Below, piece after piece: positions 22,085 through 31,717 of a stretch of 64,000 nucleotides of DNA (position 1 is the stretch's first letter; the number at the start of each line of letters is the position of its first letter). The notes beneath the pieces were generated by a model. The model did not search any database. It saw only the letters and a list, made by a program, of their open reading frames with translations, and was not told the DNA's origin. The position numbers were made by a program, and so were the translations under genes. Source of the DNA: an uncultured Gemmatimonadaceae bacterium (GTDB lineage Bacteria > Gemmatimonadota > Gemmatimonadetes > Gemmatimonadales > Gemmatimonadaceae); NCBI GenBank assembly GCA_963822945.1, contig CAWGJO010000020.1, positions 576,001-640,000 of the forward strand, read 5' to 3'.

Positions 22085-22962
22085 TGCTGCTCGCCTTCCT
22101 CTCGCAGACCATACGGATCGCGATGCCCTACCTGTTCGCCTCGGCGGGCGGGGTGCTCTCGGAGCGGGTGGGGCTCATCGGCCTCGGCCTCGAGGGGTAC
22201 ATGTTGTCCGGGGCATTCTGCGCAGCACTGGGTGGCTACTACTCGCACAGCCCCTGGGTGGGCGTGCTCGCCGGCATCGCGGGGGGCGGCGCGTTTGCGG
22301 CGTTGTACGGCCTCTGCTCCATTCGCTACAAGGCCGACCAGGTGGTGGTCGGCGTCGCCATCAACCTGCTCGCCGTCGGCATCACGCGGTTCTTCCTGCG
22401 CTTCACCTTCGGCAGCTCCTCCAACTCGCCCCGGGTACCCGGGTTCTCGGTGGCCGAGACGGGCAGCGGATTCCTCGCCCTCACCCACAACCCGCTCATC
22501 TGGCTGGGCGCCTTCGCCATCCCGGTGGTGGGCTGGGTGTTGTACCGCACACCGTTCGGGCTGCGCGTGCGCGCGGTGGGCGAGCATCCGGGGGCTGCAC
22601 TGTCGGTCGGGGTGCCCGTGGCCCGGGTGCAGTGGATGGCCGTACTCCTCTCGGGGGCCATTGCCGGAATGGGAGGGGCATATCTGGCCCTGGATCAGCA
22701 CCAGTTCACCGACCAGATGACGGCAGGCCGCGGCTTCATTGCCCTGGCAGCCATTATCTTCGGTCGATGGGATCCACCCCGCGTGGGGCTGGCGTGCCTG
22801 TTGTTCGCGGCGGCGGAGACCTTCCAGATCCGGCTCCAGGGCGCGGCGCTCGTTCCCGCGCAGTTCGTGGAAATGATACCCTATCTGCTCACGATCGTGG
22901 CGCTGGCCGGCGTCGTGGGACGGGCGGTCCCCCCCGCTGCACTCGGCAAGACGGACGAGTAA
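22081..22962 (+). CDS. Nucleoside ABC transporter permease 2
   Basis: SERVG..GLEG, FGLRVRAVGEHP, GRGFIALAA, PYLLT, PAALG. ATGA overlap at 22081. Confidence 0.93.
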   Translation: MMLLAFLSQTIRIAMPYLFASAGGVLSERVGLIGLGLEGYMLSGAFCAALGGYYSHSPWVGVLAGIAGGGAFAALYGLCSIRYKADQVVVGVAINLLAVGITRFFLRFTFGSSSNSPRVPGFSVAETGSGFLALTHNPLIWLGAFAIPVVGWVLYRTPFGLRVRAVGEHPGAALSVGVPVARVQWMAVLLSGAIAGMGGAYLALDQHQFTDQMTAGRGFIALAAIIFGRWDPPRVGLACLLFAAAETFQIRLQGAALVPAQFVEMIPYLLTIVALAGVVGRAVPPAALGKTDE

Positions 22963-23050
22963 CCGAATTCTCCGAAAAGAACCCTGACATTCGGGCCGTT
23001 TGTCCTCGCGCCCGGATGGCGCTTGATTTCGAGTCCACATTTTCGCCCGC

Positions 23051-24376
23051 GTGACCTCCGTGCCCGGATCCCCGCAGTCGTCCGCTCCGCCGAACGGCAC
23101 GCCGTTCGGCAAGCTCGCCGTACTGATGGTGACGGCGTTCATCGACATGGTTGGCCTGTTGATGATCGTCCCACTGTTGCCGTTCTACGCCGAGTCCCTC
23201 GGCGGCAACGGCCTCATGGTCGGCTTGCTGGTGTCGTCGTATGCGGTGGCGCAGCTCATCAGTGCTCCGTACTGGGGACGGCTCTCCGACCGGCACGGCC
23301 GCCGCCCCGCGCTCCTGGTTGGGCTCACGGCGTCGGCCATCGCGTACGTGATCTTCGGCTACGCCAGTTCACTCTGGCTGCTCTTCCTGTCGCGCATCGT
23401 GCAGGGAGCCGGCGGGGGCACGGTGAGCGTGATCCAGGCCTACGTCGCCGACGCCACGGCGCCCGAGGACCGCGCCAAGAGCCTGGGCTGGCTCTCCGCC
23501 GCCACCAATGCGGGCGTGGTGATCGGTCCGGCGCTGGGTTCGTTCAGCATGGGCGCGGGCGTGCACGCCCCGGGGCTCGCCGCGGCGGCCCTCTGTCTGG
23601 TCAACATTCTGTTCGCCATGCGATACCTCACGGAATCGCGCGACATGAAGGAGGCGCAGTCGCGGCCCGTGGCCAAGGGCCGCTCGCGCGAGGCGCTCGT
23701 CCGCGTGATCACACATTCGAGCGAGCCGGCGTCGCGCCTCATCTGGATCTATTCGCTGGCCATGGGGGCGTTCCAGGGAATGACGGCCATCCTGGCGCTG
23801 TTTCTCGCCGCCCGGTTCAGTGTGACCACCAAGACGATCGGATACTTCTTCATGTACATCGGGGCGATCTCCATGCTCACGCGGGCCGTGATCCTGGGGC
23901 ACGCCGTCGATCGGTTCGGGGAGCTCCGGCTATCGCGCCTGGGCGCCACGCTGCTGGCGGCGGGGCTGGTGATCATTCCGTTCACGCGTCCGGCCATCGA
24001 CCCGCACGTGCTGGGCACGCTGTTCGGCGGCGCGGCACCCGCTTGGGTGGCGACACTCGCGCCGTACGTGCCCCTCGCCATCGCCATCGCGTTGGTCCCG
24101 CTGGGCACGGCGTTCACCTTCCCCTGCGTGACCGCGATGCTGTCGCAGGTCACGCCGAGTCATGAACGCGGGCTGTATATGGGGGTTCAGCAGACGTTCG
24201 GCGGCATGGCGCGCGTCATCTTCCCCATCCTTGCCGGTTGGATGTTCGATAGCGTGATCGCCCTCCCCTTCCTGGTGTCGGCCGGGTTGGTGATCAGCAC
24301 GATCTTTCTCGGGTTCGGACTCCAGGCCCACGTCACGCCCTACCGGGCCATGGCGCGGAAGGCCGCCGACGGCTGA
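23051..24376 (+). CDS. MFS transporter, DHA1/TetA-like
   Basis: Motif A WGRLSDRHGRRP, SRIVQG, about 12 TM segments. Confidence 0.9.
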   Translation: MTSVPGSPQSSAPPNGTPFGKLAVLMVTAFIDMVGLLMIVPLLPFYAESLGGNGLMVGLLVSSYAVAQLISAPYWGRLSDRHGRRPALLVGLTASAIAYVIFGYASSLWLLFLSRIVQGAGGGTVSVIQAYVADATAPEDRAKSLGWLSAATNAGVVIGPALGSFSMGAGVHAPGLAAAALCLVNILFAMRYLTESRDMKEAQSRPVAKGRSREALVRVITHSSEPASRLIWIYSLAMGAFQGMTAILALFLAARFSVTTKTIGYFFMYIGAISMLTRAVILGHAVDRFGELRLSRLGATLLAAGLVIIPFTRPAIDPHVLGTLFGGAAPAWVATLAPYVPLAIAIALVPLGTAFTFPCVTAMLSQVTPSHERGLYMGVQQTFGGMARVIFPILAGWMFDSVIALPFLVSAGLVISTIFLGFGLQAHVTPYRAMARKAADG

Positions 24377-24404
24377 CGCGCGGCCGGCGGCGGGTACCGA
24401 GGCG

Positions 24405-25013
24405 TCAGTTGGTGCTCTCGGCTCCCGGCTCGCTGGCCAGCACGGCCTTGGCGATCTCCACCATCGGCACCGAGCGATCCTGGCTGGTGCGCTGCAGGAT
24501 GCGGTAGGCTTCCTGCTCCGACGACCCGGTGCGCCGCATGAGAATGCCCTTCGCGCGCTCGATGGTCTTCCGGTTCTCCAACGCCTGCCGGGCGCCCTCC
24601 GCGTCCTTGCGGGCGGACGCGAGTTCCTTGGCGCGCGTGGCGGCCAACCGGATGGTGGAATCGAGCACGCGCGGCGGCGCCGGCTTGGGCAGGAATGCAA
24701 TGGCCGCGGTGGCGGCGACATCGTGATCGGAGAGCGTGAGCGCCTGATCGCCGCTGAACAGCACGACCGCAATGCCCGGCGTCGTCTGCGTGATCGCTTC
24801 CGCCGCTTCGATGCCCGACCCGTCGGGCATGTGCACGTCGAGCAGCACGATGTCCGGCACGAGCTCGGCGGCGCGCTCCTGCGCTTCGCGTCCCGAACCG
24901 ACCTCGGCGACTACGATGTGTCCGAGCGCCGACAGAAGTTCAACGAGTAGAGAGCGCGCATTGGCGTCGTCTTCGGCGACCAAGATGCGGATCTGAGGGG
25001 TTCCTTCAGTCAT
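24405..25013 (-). CDS. ANTAR-domain response regulator (PdtaR/NasT/AmiR-like)
   Basis: Receiver (LVAEDD..LLDVHMPDG..LPKP) plus ANTAR domain (LENRKTIERAKGILM..EQEAYRILQRTSQD..MVEIAKAV). Confidence 0.93.
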   Translation of the reverse strand: MTEGTPQIRILVAEDDANARSLLVELLSALGHIVVAEVGSGREAQERAAELVPDIVLLDVHMPDGSGIEAAEAITQTTPGIAVVLFSGDQALTLSDHDVAATAAIAFLPKPAPPRVLDSTIRLAATRAKELASARKDAEGARQALENRKTIERAKGILMRRTGSSEQEAYRILQRTSQDRSVPMVEIAKAVLASEPGAESTN

Positions 25014-25042
25014 TGCCACAAAATTAGGGGTTCAACCGCTCA

Positions 25043-27064
25043 CTACGCCAGCACGATGTTTGTCGAGGCCGCTACCTGGGCCAGCAGGTCGGACGTTCTG
25101 ACCGGCTTCCGCAGGAGGAAGTCGGTCGCCGAAGTATTACCCCGCGGTTCCCATCCGGTAACAACGCCGATTCTGAGCTTCGGCCACCGGGACCTGGCGT
25201 GTGTGACCAGATCCCAGCCACTCCCGTCGGGCAGGCCGATGTCGGTGACCAGCACGTCGTACGGCGGCGTTTCCCCCTCGCCCAGGCTGGCTTTGGCTTC
25301 CTCGATACAGGTGACGACCTCCACGCTATGGCCGTCGCTCTCCAGCAGCGCCTGCATGAACTCCCGGCTGTCGGCGTGGTCCTCCACCAGGAGTACCCGG
25401 CGGGGGGTGCGGCGGGCAAGGAGGTCGATCACCGGCTTGGTGGGCCCCTCGACGGCGATCGGGAATACCATCCGGATCGTCGTGCCCTTGCCGGGCGCGG
25501 AGTCGATCTCGGCCCGCCCGCGGTGGCGCCTGGCGATGCCGTACACCTCGGCCAGGCCCAGGCCGGTGCCCGCCTGCCCCTTGGTGGTGAAGAAGGGCTC
25601 GAAGGCCCGTTCGCGAACCTCGTCGGACATGCCGGTGCCGGTATCCCGCACTTCTAGCGCCACTTCGTCCCCGATGATGCGGGTGACGATGCCCAGGGTG
25701 CCGCCGCCGTGCATCGCGTCGAGCGCGTTCTGCACGAGGTTCAGCAGCGCCTCGCGGATCTCGCCCGGAATGCCGCGGATCATCGACCCGGGGGCCAGCA
25801 CGCGCTCCAGCTGGATCTGGCCGCCGCGGGCCCGCTCCGCCCACAGCGGGCGCGTCATCGCCACGACCTCGTCGCACACCGAGGTCAGATCGATCAGCTC
25901 ATCACGTTCGCCCTTCATGGGCTCCTGGCGGATGAACCGTCCCACCCGGGCGGCGGTGGCGGCTCCCGTCTCGGCGGCCTTGGCGATGCGCACGGCGTAG
26001 TCTCGCACGGCCTCCGGCTTGTCGGCATTGGTCTCGAGCAGATACGCCGCCGCCATGATCGGATTGAGCGCGTTGTTCACGTCGTGCATCACGCCCGCCG
26101 CGAGTTGCCCCACCGCGGCCAGGCGTCGTTCACGGGAACGGGCTTCCTGCAGCGCCAGCAGCTCCTGGGTGCGCTCCTGGACCATGCGTTCCAGGCGCTC
26201 GGCTTCGGTCGAGACGCGCTCGTACAGCTCGGCGGTCCGGCGCGCCTCCTCCTCGAGTTGCTGCTGCAGTTGGGTCCGGAAGGTGACGTCGCGTTCCACC
26301 GTGACCGCGCCGCGGATGCGTCCCTGCTCGTCGTAGAGCGGGTTCGCATTCACATCGATGATCATTGCCGCGTCCGGGCCACGCCGCACTTCGAGACGTT
26401 CGCCCCGCACCCGCTCGCCCCGCAGAGCGCGCGCCGTCGGGTGTTCGTGCACGAACAGGCTGGTGCCGTCGAGGGTGCGCGGACGGTCGAGTTGCCACAG
26501 CTCCCGCAGCGTATTGGGCGTGTTGGGCGCATGGTCGAGCTGCGCCTGCGTGTTCGTGCGCAGAGTGTTGCCGTCGCCATCCACCACGCGCACCGAATCG
26601 GGAATAACGTCGAAGATCGACTCGAGCTGCGCGACGCTGCGGGCCAGGTCCTGACGCAGTTCCTCGCGTTCGGTGAGGTCGTTGCCGGCAAAGATCACCC
26701 CGCGCCCGCCCGACTCCGTGGTGATGGGCACGAAGGTCGCCTCGATCAACCGGGGTCCGTTCCGATGCTGGAACGTCACCGGATGGGCGATCACGGGAAC
26801 GCCGTGCACCGCCGAGTCGATCTGTTCGGTGAGATCGGCCTGGGCGTTCGGAAACGCGTCGTATACCGAGTGGCCCTGCGCCGCCTGCACCGACGTGTCG
26901 ATCAGGTCGTAATAGCGCGGATTGGCGCTCATCAACTCCAGCTTCGAGTTGAACACGGCAATCGCATGGGAGATCGCTTCGAACAACGGTTCGAAACGAG
27001 CCGTCGGCATGCTGTTCCGCTGGCCGGTTCTGGACTCCGATTTCACAGGCGGGGCCTTTCCCAT
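25043..27064 (-). CDS. Cytoplasmic hybrid histidine kinase (PAS-PAS-HisKA-HATPase-REC)
   Basis: H-box GVMHDVNNAL, NLVQNALDA, DTGTG, FFTTK, GTGLGL and a C-terminal receiver LVTDIGLPDG. Start is ATG 27064 or 27010. Confidence 0.93.
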   Translation of the reverse strand: MGKAPPVKSESRTGQRNSMPTARFEPLFEAISHAIAVFNSKLELMSANPRYYDLIDTSVQAAQGHSVYDAFPNAQADLTEQIDSAVHGVPVIAHPVTFQHRNGPRLIEATFVPITTESGGRGVIFAGNDLTEREELRQDLARSVAQLESIFDVIPDSVRVVDGDGNTLRTNTQAQLDHAPNTPNTLRELWQLDRPRTLDGTSLFVHEHPTARALRGERVRGERLEVRRGPDAAMIIDVNANPLYDEQGRIRGAVTVERDVTFRTQLQQQLEEEARRTAELYERVSTEAERLERMVQERTQELLALQEARSRERRLAAVGQLAAGVMHDVNNALNPIMAAAYLLETNADKPEAVRDYAVRIAKAAETGAATAARVGRFIRQEPMKGERDELIDLTSVCDEVVAMTRPLWAERARGGQIQLERVLAPGSMIRGIPGEIREALLNLVQNALDAMHGGGTLGIVTRIIGDEVALEVRDTGTGMSDEVRERAFEPFFTTKGQAGTGLGLAEVYGIARRHRGRAEIDSAPGKGTTIRMVFPIAVEGPTKPVIDLLARRTPRRVLLVEDHADSREFMQALLESDGHSVEVVTCIEEAKASLGEGETPPYDVLVTDIGLPDGSGWDLVTHARSRWPKLRIGVVTGWEPRGNTSATDFLLRKPVRTSDLLAQVAASTNIVLA

Positions 27065-27201
27065 AGGGGAGAGTGGTCGGGGCGACGCACGCAACCGCGT
27101 CGCGACGCGTAGGCGTCCTTCCTAGACTGACGCGCGCCGGCCGCTAAAGTCAATGCAAATCGGGGCCTGGAATGGGCTTGACAAACATTTCGCCTCACCG
27201 G

Positions 27202-28764
27202 TCAGTGCCCTCCCAACTGCGTACTGCCGGGACGGCGGAGCAGCGGAACCAGGGGCAGAGCCGCGAGGATGGCCACCCCGACCCAGAGAAATACGTGTTC
27301 GAAGGCGATGACGTAGGCCTGACCGTTGATGATCCGGTCGAGCGCCGCGAGCGCCTGCCGCTTGGCCGTGAACAGGTTGGATCCCCGGGCGACGAACGCT
27401 CGCTGCATGGCCTGCAGCCGCAGATAGGTGCCGATCCCGGTCCGCGAGGCGTGGCTCACCAGCACGGCGCGATTCACGGCCACATCCCGCGTCAGATAGG
27501 TGGCCAGCAGGGAGAGCCCGAGGCTGCCTCCGAGCTGCCGCGTGAGGTTGAAGATGGCCGAACCGTGGCCCAGCGCGCGTCCGCGCAATCCGGCCACGGC
27601 CGATGCGGTGAGGGGCACGAAGATCATCCCCAGCGCCGCTCCGCGGGTGATGATCAGCCAGTGCCAGTACGACTCCGGCACGCCGGCAGTGAGATGGGAG
27701 TGCAGCCACATCGAGTAGGCCAGCAGCAATGCGCCGGCGGCAATCGACCACCGCACGTCGATCCGGTCGCCGAAGCGCGCCATGGGCACCATCATGGCCG
27801 CCGAGGCAATCGCCCCCGAGAGCAGCAGGATGCCGGCCGTCTCGGCGTCGTAGTGCAGAATCTGCTGCATGAACAGCGGCTCGGCGAAGATACTCCCGTA
27901 GAGGCCGGCCCCCAGGGCGAACGCGAACAGCGATCCCGCGGCAAGCGAGCGATCCTTCAACACACGCAGGTCGAGAATCGGCTCGTCCACGTGCAACTCC
28001 CAGACGATCATCGACACGATGCCGACGACCGCGGTCACGGCAAGGGCCGTGATGAGCCGGGAGTCGAACCAGTCGTAGTGTTCGCCGCGTTCGAGCACGA
28101 ACTGCAACGAGCCGATGCCGACCGCGAGCAGTCCGACCCCCACGACATCGATGCGGCCCGGTTTCCGGATATCCACGTGGTCGTGCACGAACAGCGAGAC
28201 GACGAAGAACGACAGCATCCCCACGGGGATATTGATGAAGAAGATCCACGGCCACGAGTAATGGGTGACGATAATGCCGCCCAGCGTGGGCCCGATGGCG
28301 GGCCCGACGATCATGCCGAGGCCGAAAATGGCCGCCGCGACGGTCTTCTGATGGGGCGGAAACGCGTCGAACAGGATGGCCTGGGCTGTGGCAATGAGCG
28401 CACCGCCGCCGAGCCCCTGCATGAGCCGCCAGAAGACGAGGGCGCCGAGCGTTCCCGACGTGCCGCAGAAGAAGCTCGACACGGTGAAGATGGTGACCGA
28501 GGCCAGGAAATACCGCCGCCGGCCGAAATAGGCGGCGAGCCATCCCGTCATGGGCAGTACGATAACCGCCGAGAGGATGTACCCGATCACCACCCAGGTG
28601 ATCTCGTCGATGGTGACGCCGAGATTCGCGCTCATGTCGGCGAGCGCGACGTTCACGATGCTCGTGTCGATCAGCTCCATCACGGCGCCGAGGATGACGC
28701 CGAGAGCGATCAGGTATCGGTGGGCGTATGCCGGGTTGTACTCGAGAGCGGCAGAGTCAGTCAT
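27202..28764 (-). CDS. DHA2-family (EmrB/QacA) MFS efflux permease
   Basis: MELIDTSIVNVAL, GPAIGPTLGG, WPWIFFINIPVG, FNLTRQLGGS, about 14 TM segments. Confidence 0.93.
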   Translation of the reverse strand: MTDSAALEYNPAYAHRYLIALGVILGAVMELIDTSIVNVALADMSANLGVTIDEITWVVIGYILSAVIVLPMTGWLAAYFGRRRYFLASVTIFTVSSFFCGTSGTLGALVFWRLMQGLGGGALIATAQAILFDAFPPHQKTVAAAIFGLGMIVGPAIGPTLGGIIVTHYSWPWIFFINIPVGMLSFFVVSLFVHDHVDIRKPGRIDVVGVGLLAVGIGSLQFVLERGEHYDWFDSRLITALAVTAVVGIVSMIVWELHVDEPILDLRVLKDRSLAAGSLFAFALGAGLYGSIFAEPLFMQQILHYDAETAGILLLSGAIASAAMMVPMARFGDRIDVRWSIAAGALLLAYSMWLHSHLTAGVPESYWHWLIITRGAALGMIFVPLTASAVAGLRGRALGHGSAIFNLTRQLGGSLGLSLLATYLTRDVAVNRAVLVSHASRTGIGTYLRLQAMQRAFVARGSNLFTAKRQALAALDRIINGQAYVIAFEHVFLWVGVAILAALPLVPLLRRPGSTQLGGH

Positions 28765-28802
28765 GGTCGGCCCGGAATGCTACACCGCGAATGCCGGAAC
28801 GA

Positions 28803-30080
28803 TCACGCGCTTCCCGTCGCGGGGTTTCCCTTCTCCCGCGTGCCGATCAGCCGCGACCCCCGCTGGTACGTGAAGAACGCGTAACCCCACTCCACCAGGA
28901 CGCTGGCGCGGTTGCGGAACCCCGCCAGATACATGATGTGGATGAACAACCAGAGCCACCACGCCAACCAGCCCGACACGTGCACGCGCCCGAATCGGGC
29001 GACGGCCCGGTATCGTCCGATGGTCGCCAGGTCGCCCTTGTCGAGGTAGCGAAACGGCCGGGTGGGCTTGCCCGCAATCAGCCGTTTGACGTTGGCGGCA
29101 GCGGCCGGCCCGCTCTGGATGGCGGCAGGCGCCACACCGGGTACCGCCTTCCCATTCGACTTCATCTCGGCCTGGTCGCCGACCACGAACACCTCGGGGT
29201 GCCCGGGAATCGAGAGATCGGGTTCCACGATCACCCGGCCCACCCGGTCGAGGGGCACGCCGAGCGACTTGCCGAGGGGTGAGGCCTCATTGCCGGCAGC
29301 CCAGATGATCGTCGCCGCTTCGATCCGTTCGTCTCCCGCATCCACCACGCCGCGGGCCACGTGGCTGACTTGCGTATCGGGACGCACCTCGACGCCGAGC
29401 TGCTCGAGTTGGGCCTGGGCCGCCCGCGACAGATCCTCGGGGTAGGCGGCGAGGATGCGCGGCCCGCCCTCCACGAGAATCACCCGCGCCTTCCGCGTAT
29501 CGATGCGGCGGAAATCGTCGGGCAGGGTGTGGCGCGCGATCGTGGGCAGCATGCCGGCCATCTCGACCCCGGTGGGTCCGCCCCCGACGAGCACGAACGT
29601 CAGCAGCCGCCGCCGCTCGGCCTCGTTGTCGGTCTTCTCGGCGCGCTCGAACGCCAGCAGCACCCGCTGGCGGATCCGAATGGCGTCCTCGATGCTCTTG
29701 AGGCCCGGCGCCACGGTCTCCCACTCGGGATGCCCGAAATACGAGTGGCGCGCACCGGCCGCCAGGATCAGGTAGTCGTACGGAAGCGTCAGCGCGCCAC
29801 CGTCGGCGACGGCCACACGGCGTGCGACGTCGATGCGCTCCACCTCGGCCATGAGGACCTCGGTGTTGGTCTGCTTCCGCAACAGCCAGCGGATGGGCGC
29901 CGTGATGTCGGTGGGCGCCAGGGTCGCCGTGGCCGCCTGGTAGAGCAACGGCTGGAACAGATGGTGGTTCGTCCGATCCACCAGGGTAACGCGTACCGCG
30001 GAGTGCGCGAACGCGCGGGCAGCGTAGAGGCCGCCGAACCCGCCGCCGACGATCAGGACACGCGGACGGTCCAGCGTCAC
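28803..30080 (-). CDS. ndh: Type II NADH dehydrogenase / NAD(P)/FAD oxidoreductase
   Basis: GGGFGG, HLFQPLLYQ, GGGPTGVEMAG, IWAAG, FRYLDKGDLATIGR, HIMYLAGFRNR. GTG start overlaps the upstream stop. Confidence 0.92.
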   Translation of the reverse strand: MTLDRPRVLIVGGGFGGLYAARAFAHSAVRVTLVDRTNHHLFQPLLYQAATATLAPTDITAPIRWLLRKQTNTEVLMAEVERIDVARRVAVADGGALTLPYDYLILAAGARHSYFGHPEWETVAPGLKSIEDAIRIRQRVLLAFERAEKTDNEAERRRLLTFVLVGGGPTGVEMAGMLPTIARHTLPDDFRRIDTRKARVILVEGGPRILAAYPEDLSRAAQAQLEQLGVEVRPDTQVSHVARGVVDAGDERIEAATIIWAAGNEASPLGKSLGVPLDRVGRVIVEPDLSIPGHPEVFVVGDQAEMKSNGKAVPGVAPAAIQSGPAAAANVKRLIAGKPTRPFRYLDKGDLATIGRYRAVARFGRVHVSGWLAWWLWLFIHIMYLAGFRNRASVLVEWGYAFFTYQRGSRLIGTREKGNPATGSA

Positions 30081-31717
30081 GCCATTCTCGACTCCGCCCA
30101 CCGGGCGCCGGTCGTGATGGCCAGCACGAGCACGATGAGCAGGACGCTGTAGGCGGACGCGGTGCCGAACGAGAGTCCACGCAACTGCGAGAGGATCTCC
30201 ATGGAGATCGGCCGGTTGCTGTGCGAATAGAGGACGATGCTGGCCACGAACTCGCCCACTGCGGCCACCGCGGCGAGCATCGCGCCGGCCACCAATCCGG
30301 GCCGGGCCGCCGGCAACACCACGCGCCGCATGGCCAGCATCCAGGACGCCCCCAATCCGCGCGCCGCGTCTTCGATGGTCGGATCCATCTGCCGCAGCGA
30401 TCCCTCGATGGCATTGGTCACCAACGGAATGTTGCGGATGAAGTACGCGAGCGGAAGGATCCAGAACGTGCCCACGAGCAGCAACTTGGCGGTGGCCACG
30501 GAATTCCGGTCGAAGGTGGCGGCCAGCCCGAGTGCGATCGCCGTGGCGGGAATTGCCCACGGCAGCGCCACCAGAAGGCCGAGCAGCTTCTTGCCCGGCG
30601 CCCGGGAGAGCACGAGCAGATACGCGGCCAGGAAGCACACGACCACGTTCGCCGCCGTGGCGATGGCGGCCATGCTCACGCTGTTGACGATCGGCTGCAG
30701 CAGATCGGGGTCGGTGGCCAGGTGGCGGAAGTTGTCGAACGTGTACTGCGGAGGCAGCACCTGCGTGGTCCACGCGCCGTCCCGCGCGAACGACACGAGA
30801 ATCACCATCGCGTGCGGCAGCACGAGAAACACCACCGCCACGGCCGCCACGACGGGGGCCGCGCGCCGCCAGAACCGCGATCGCACGACACTCCGCGTGG
30901 CCCGCCCCTTGCCGGCCATGGAATACTCGCGCCGCCGCTCGATCCAGCGCAGGATCACCAGGGCGACGACCGCCGTCACCACCAGCATCGACGTCTCCAC
31001 GTACGCCATGCCCATCGAGCCGTTCAGCTTGGACACGAGAATCTGGGTGCTCAACACGCGCGCGCCGCCGCCGAAGATGTACGGGGCCGAGAACGATCCC
31101 AGCGCGCTCATGAACACCAGCAGCATGGATCCGATGATCGACGGCGTGAGCAGCGGGAGCGTGACGCGGCGCAGCCGGAGCGCCGGCGACGCACCCAGCC
31201 CCTCGGCCGCCTCGTCGAGCGAGGAGTCGTAGCGCTCCAGCCCGGCCGACACGAACAGGAAGACGTACACGTACATCGTGTACGCGTGCACGAAGACGAT
31301 CGCCCAGATGCCGCTGAACTTCCACGGCGCGTGCGACATCCCCAACAGATCCTGCACGCCGCGCGTCACCACGCCGCTCTCCCCGTACAGGAACATGAAG
31401 GCGATTACGCCCACCAGCGGTGGGAGCGCCGCCGGCAGCGTGGCCATGGCGCCCATGAACCGGCGGCCCCGGAACTCGAACCGCGTGAGCAGAAACGCCA
31501 GCGGCACTCCGATGGCCAGCGACGCGACCACCGAGGCCACCGAGATGATGATCGTGTTGACCAGAGCCTCGTGGTCGGCGCGACTCGTGAAGAAGACGCG
31601 CCAGTCGGTGAGCCCGTGCGCGAACGTGCCGGCCACCACCGAGACGTTCGGATAGACCACGCTCCAGGTAAGGAGCGCCAGCACCGCCACGGCCAGTCCG
31701 GTGAACCGCTTGTTCAT
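30077..31717 (-). CDS. Fe3+/FbpB-class ABC permease (two BPD_transp domains)
   Basis: Two EAA loops (LDEAAEGLGAS, IEDAARGLGAS). About 12 TM segments. Confidence 0.92.
   Translation of the reverse strand: MNKRFTGLAVAVLALLTWSVVYPNVSVVAGTFAHGLTDWRVFFTSRADHEALVNTIIISVASVVASLAIGVPLAFLLTRFEFRGRRFMGAMATLPAALPPLVGVIAFMFLYGESGVVTRGVQDLLGMSHAPWKFSGIWAIVFVHAYTMYVYVFLFVSAGLERYDSSLDEAAEGLGASPALRLRRVTLPLLTPSIIGSMLLVFMSALGSFSAPYIFGGGARVLSTQILVSKLNGSMGMAYVETSMLVVTAVVALVILRWIERRREYSMAGKGRATRSVVRSRFWRRAAPVVAAVAVVFLVLPHAMVILVSFARDGAWTTQVLPPQYTFDNFRHLATDPDLLQPIVNSVSMAAIATAANVVVCFLAAYLLVLSRAPGKKLLGLLVALPWAIPATAIALGLAATFDRNSVATAKLLLVGTFWILPLAYFIRNIPLVTNAIEGSLRQMDPTIEDAARGLGASWMLAMRRVVLPAARPGLVAGAMLAAVAAVGEFVASIVLYSHSNRPISMEILSQLRGLSFGTASAYSVLLIVLVLAITTGARWAESRMA

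Noticed and set aside
27065..27201. ANTAR target dual-hairpin RNA upstream of the hybrid kinase
   Set aside because: No pair of hexaloop stems with the conserved A/G loop positions, and no overlapping terminator.
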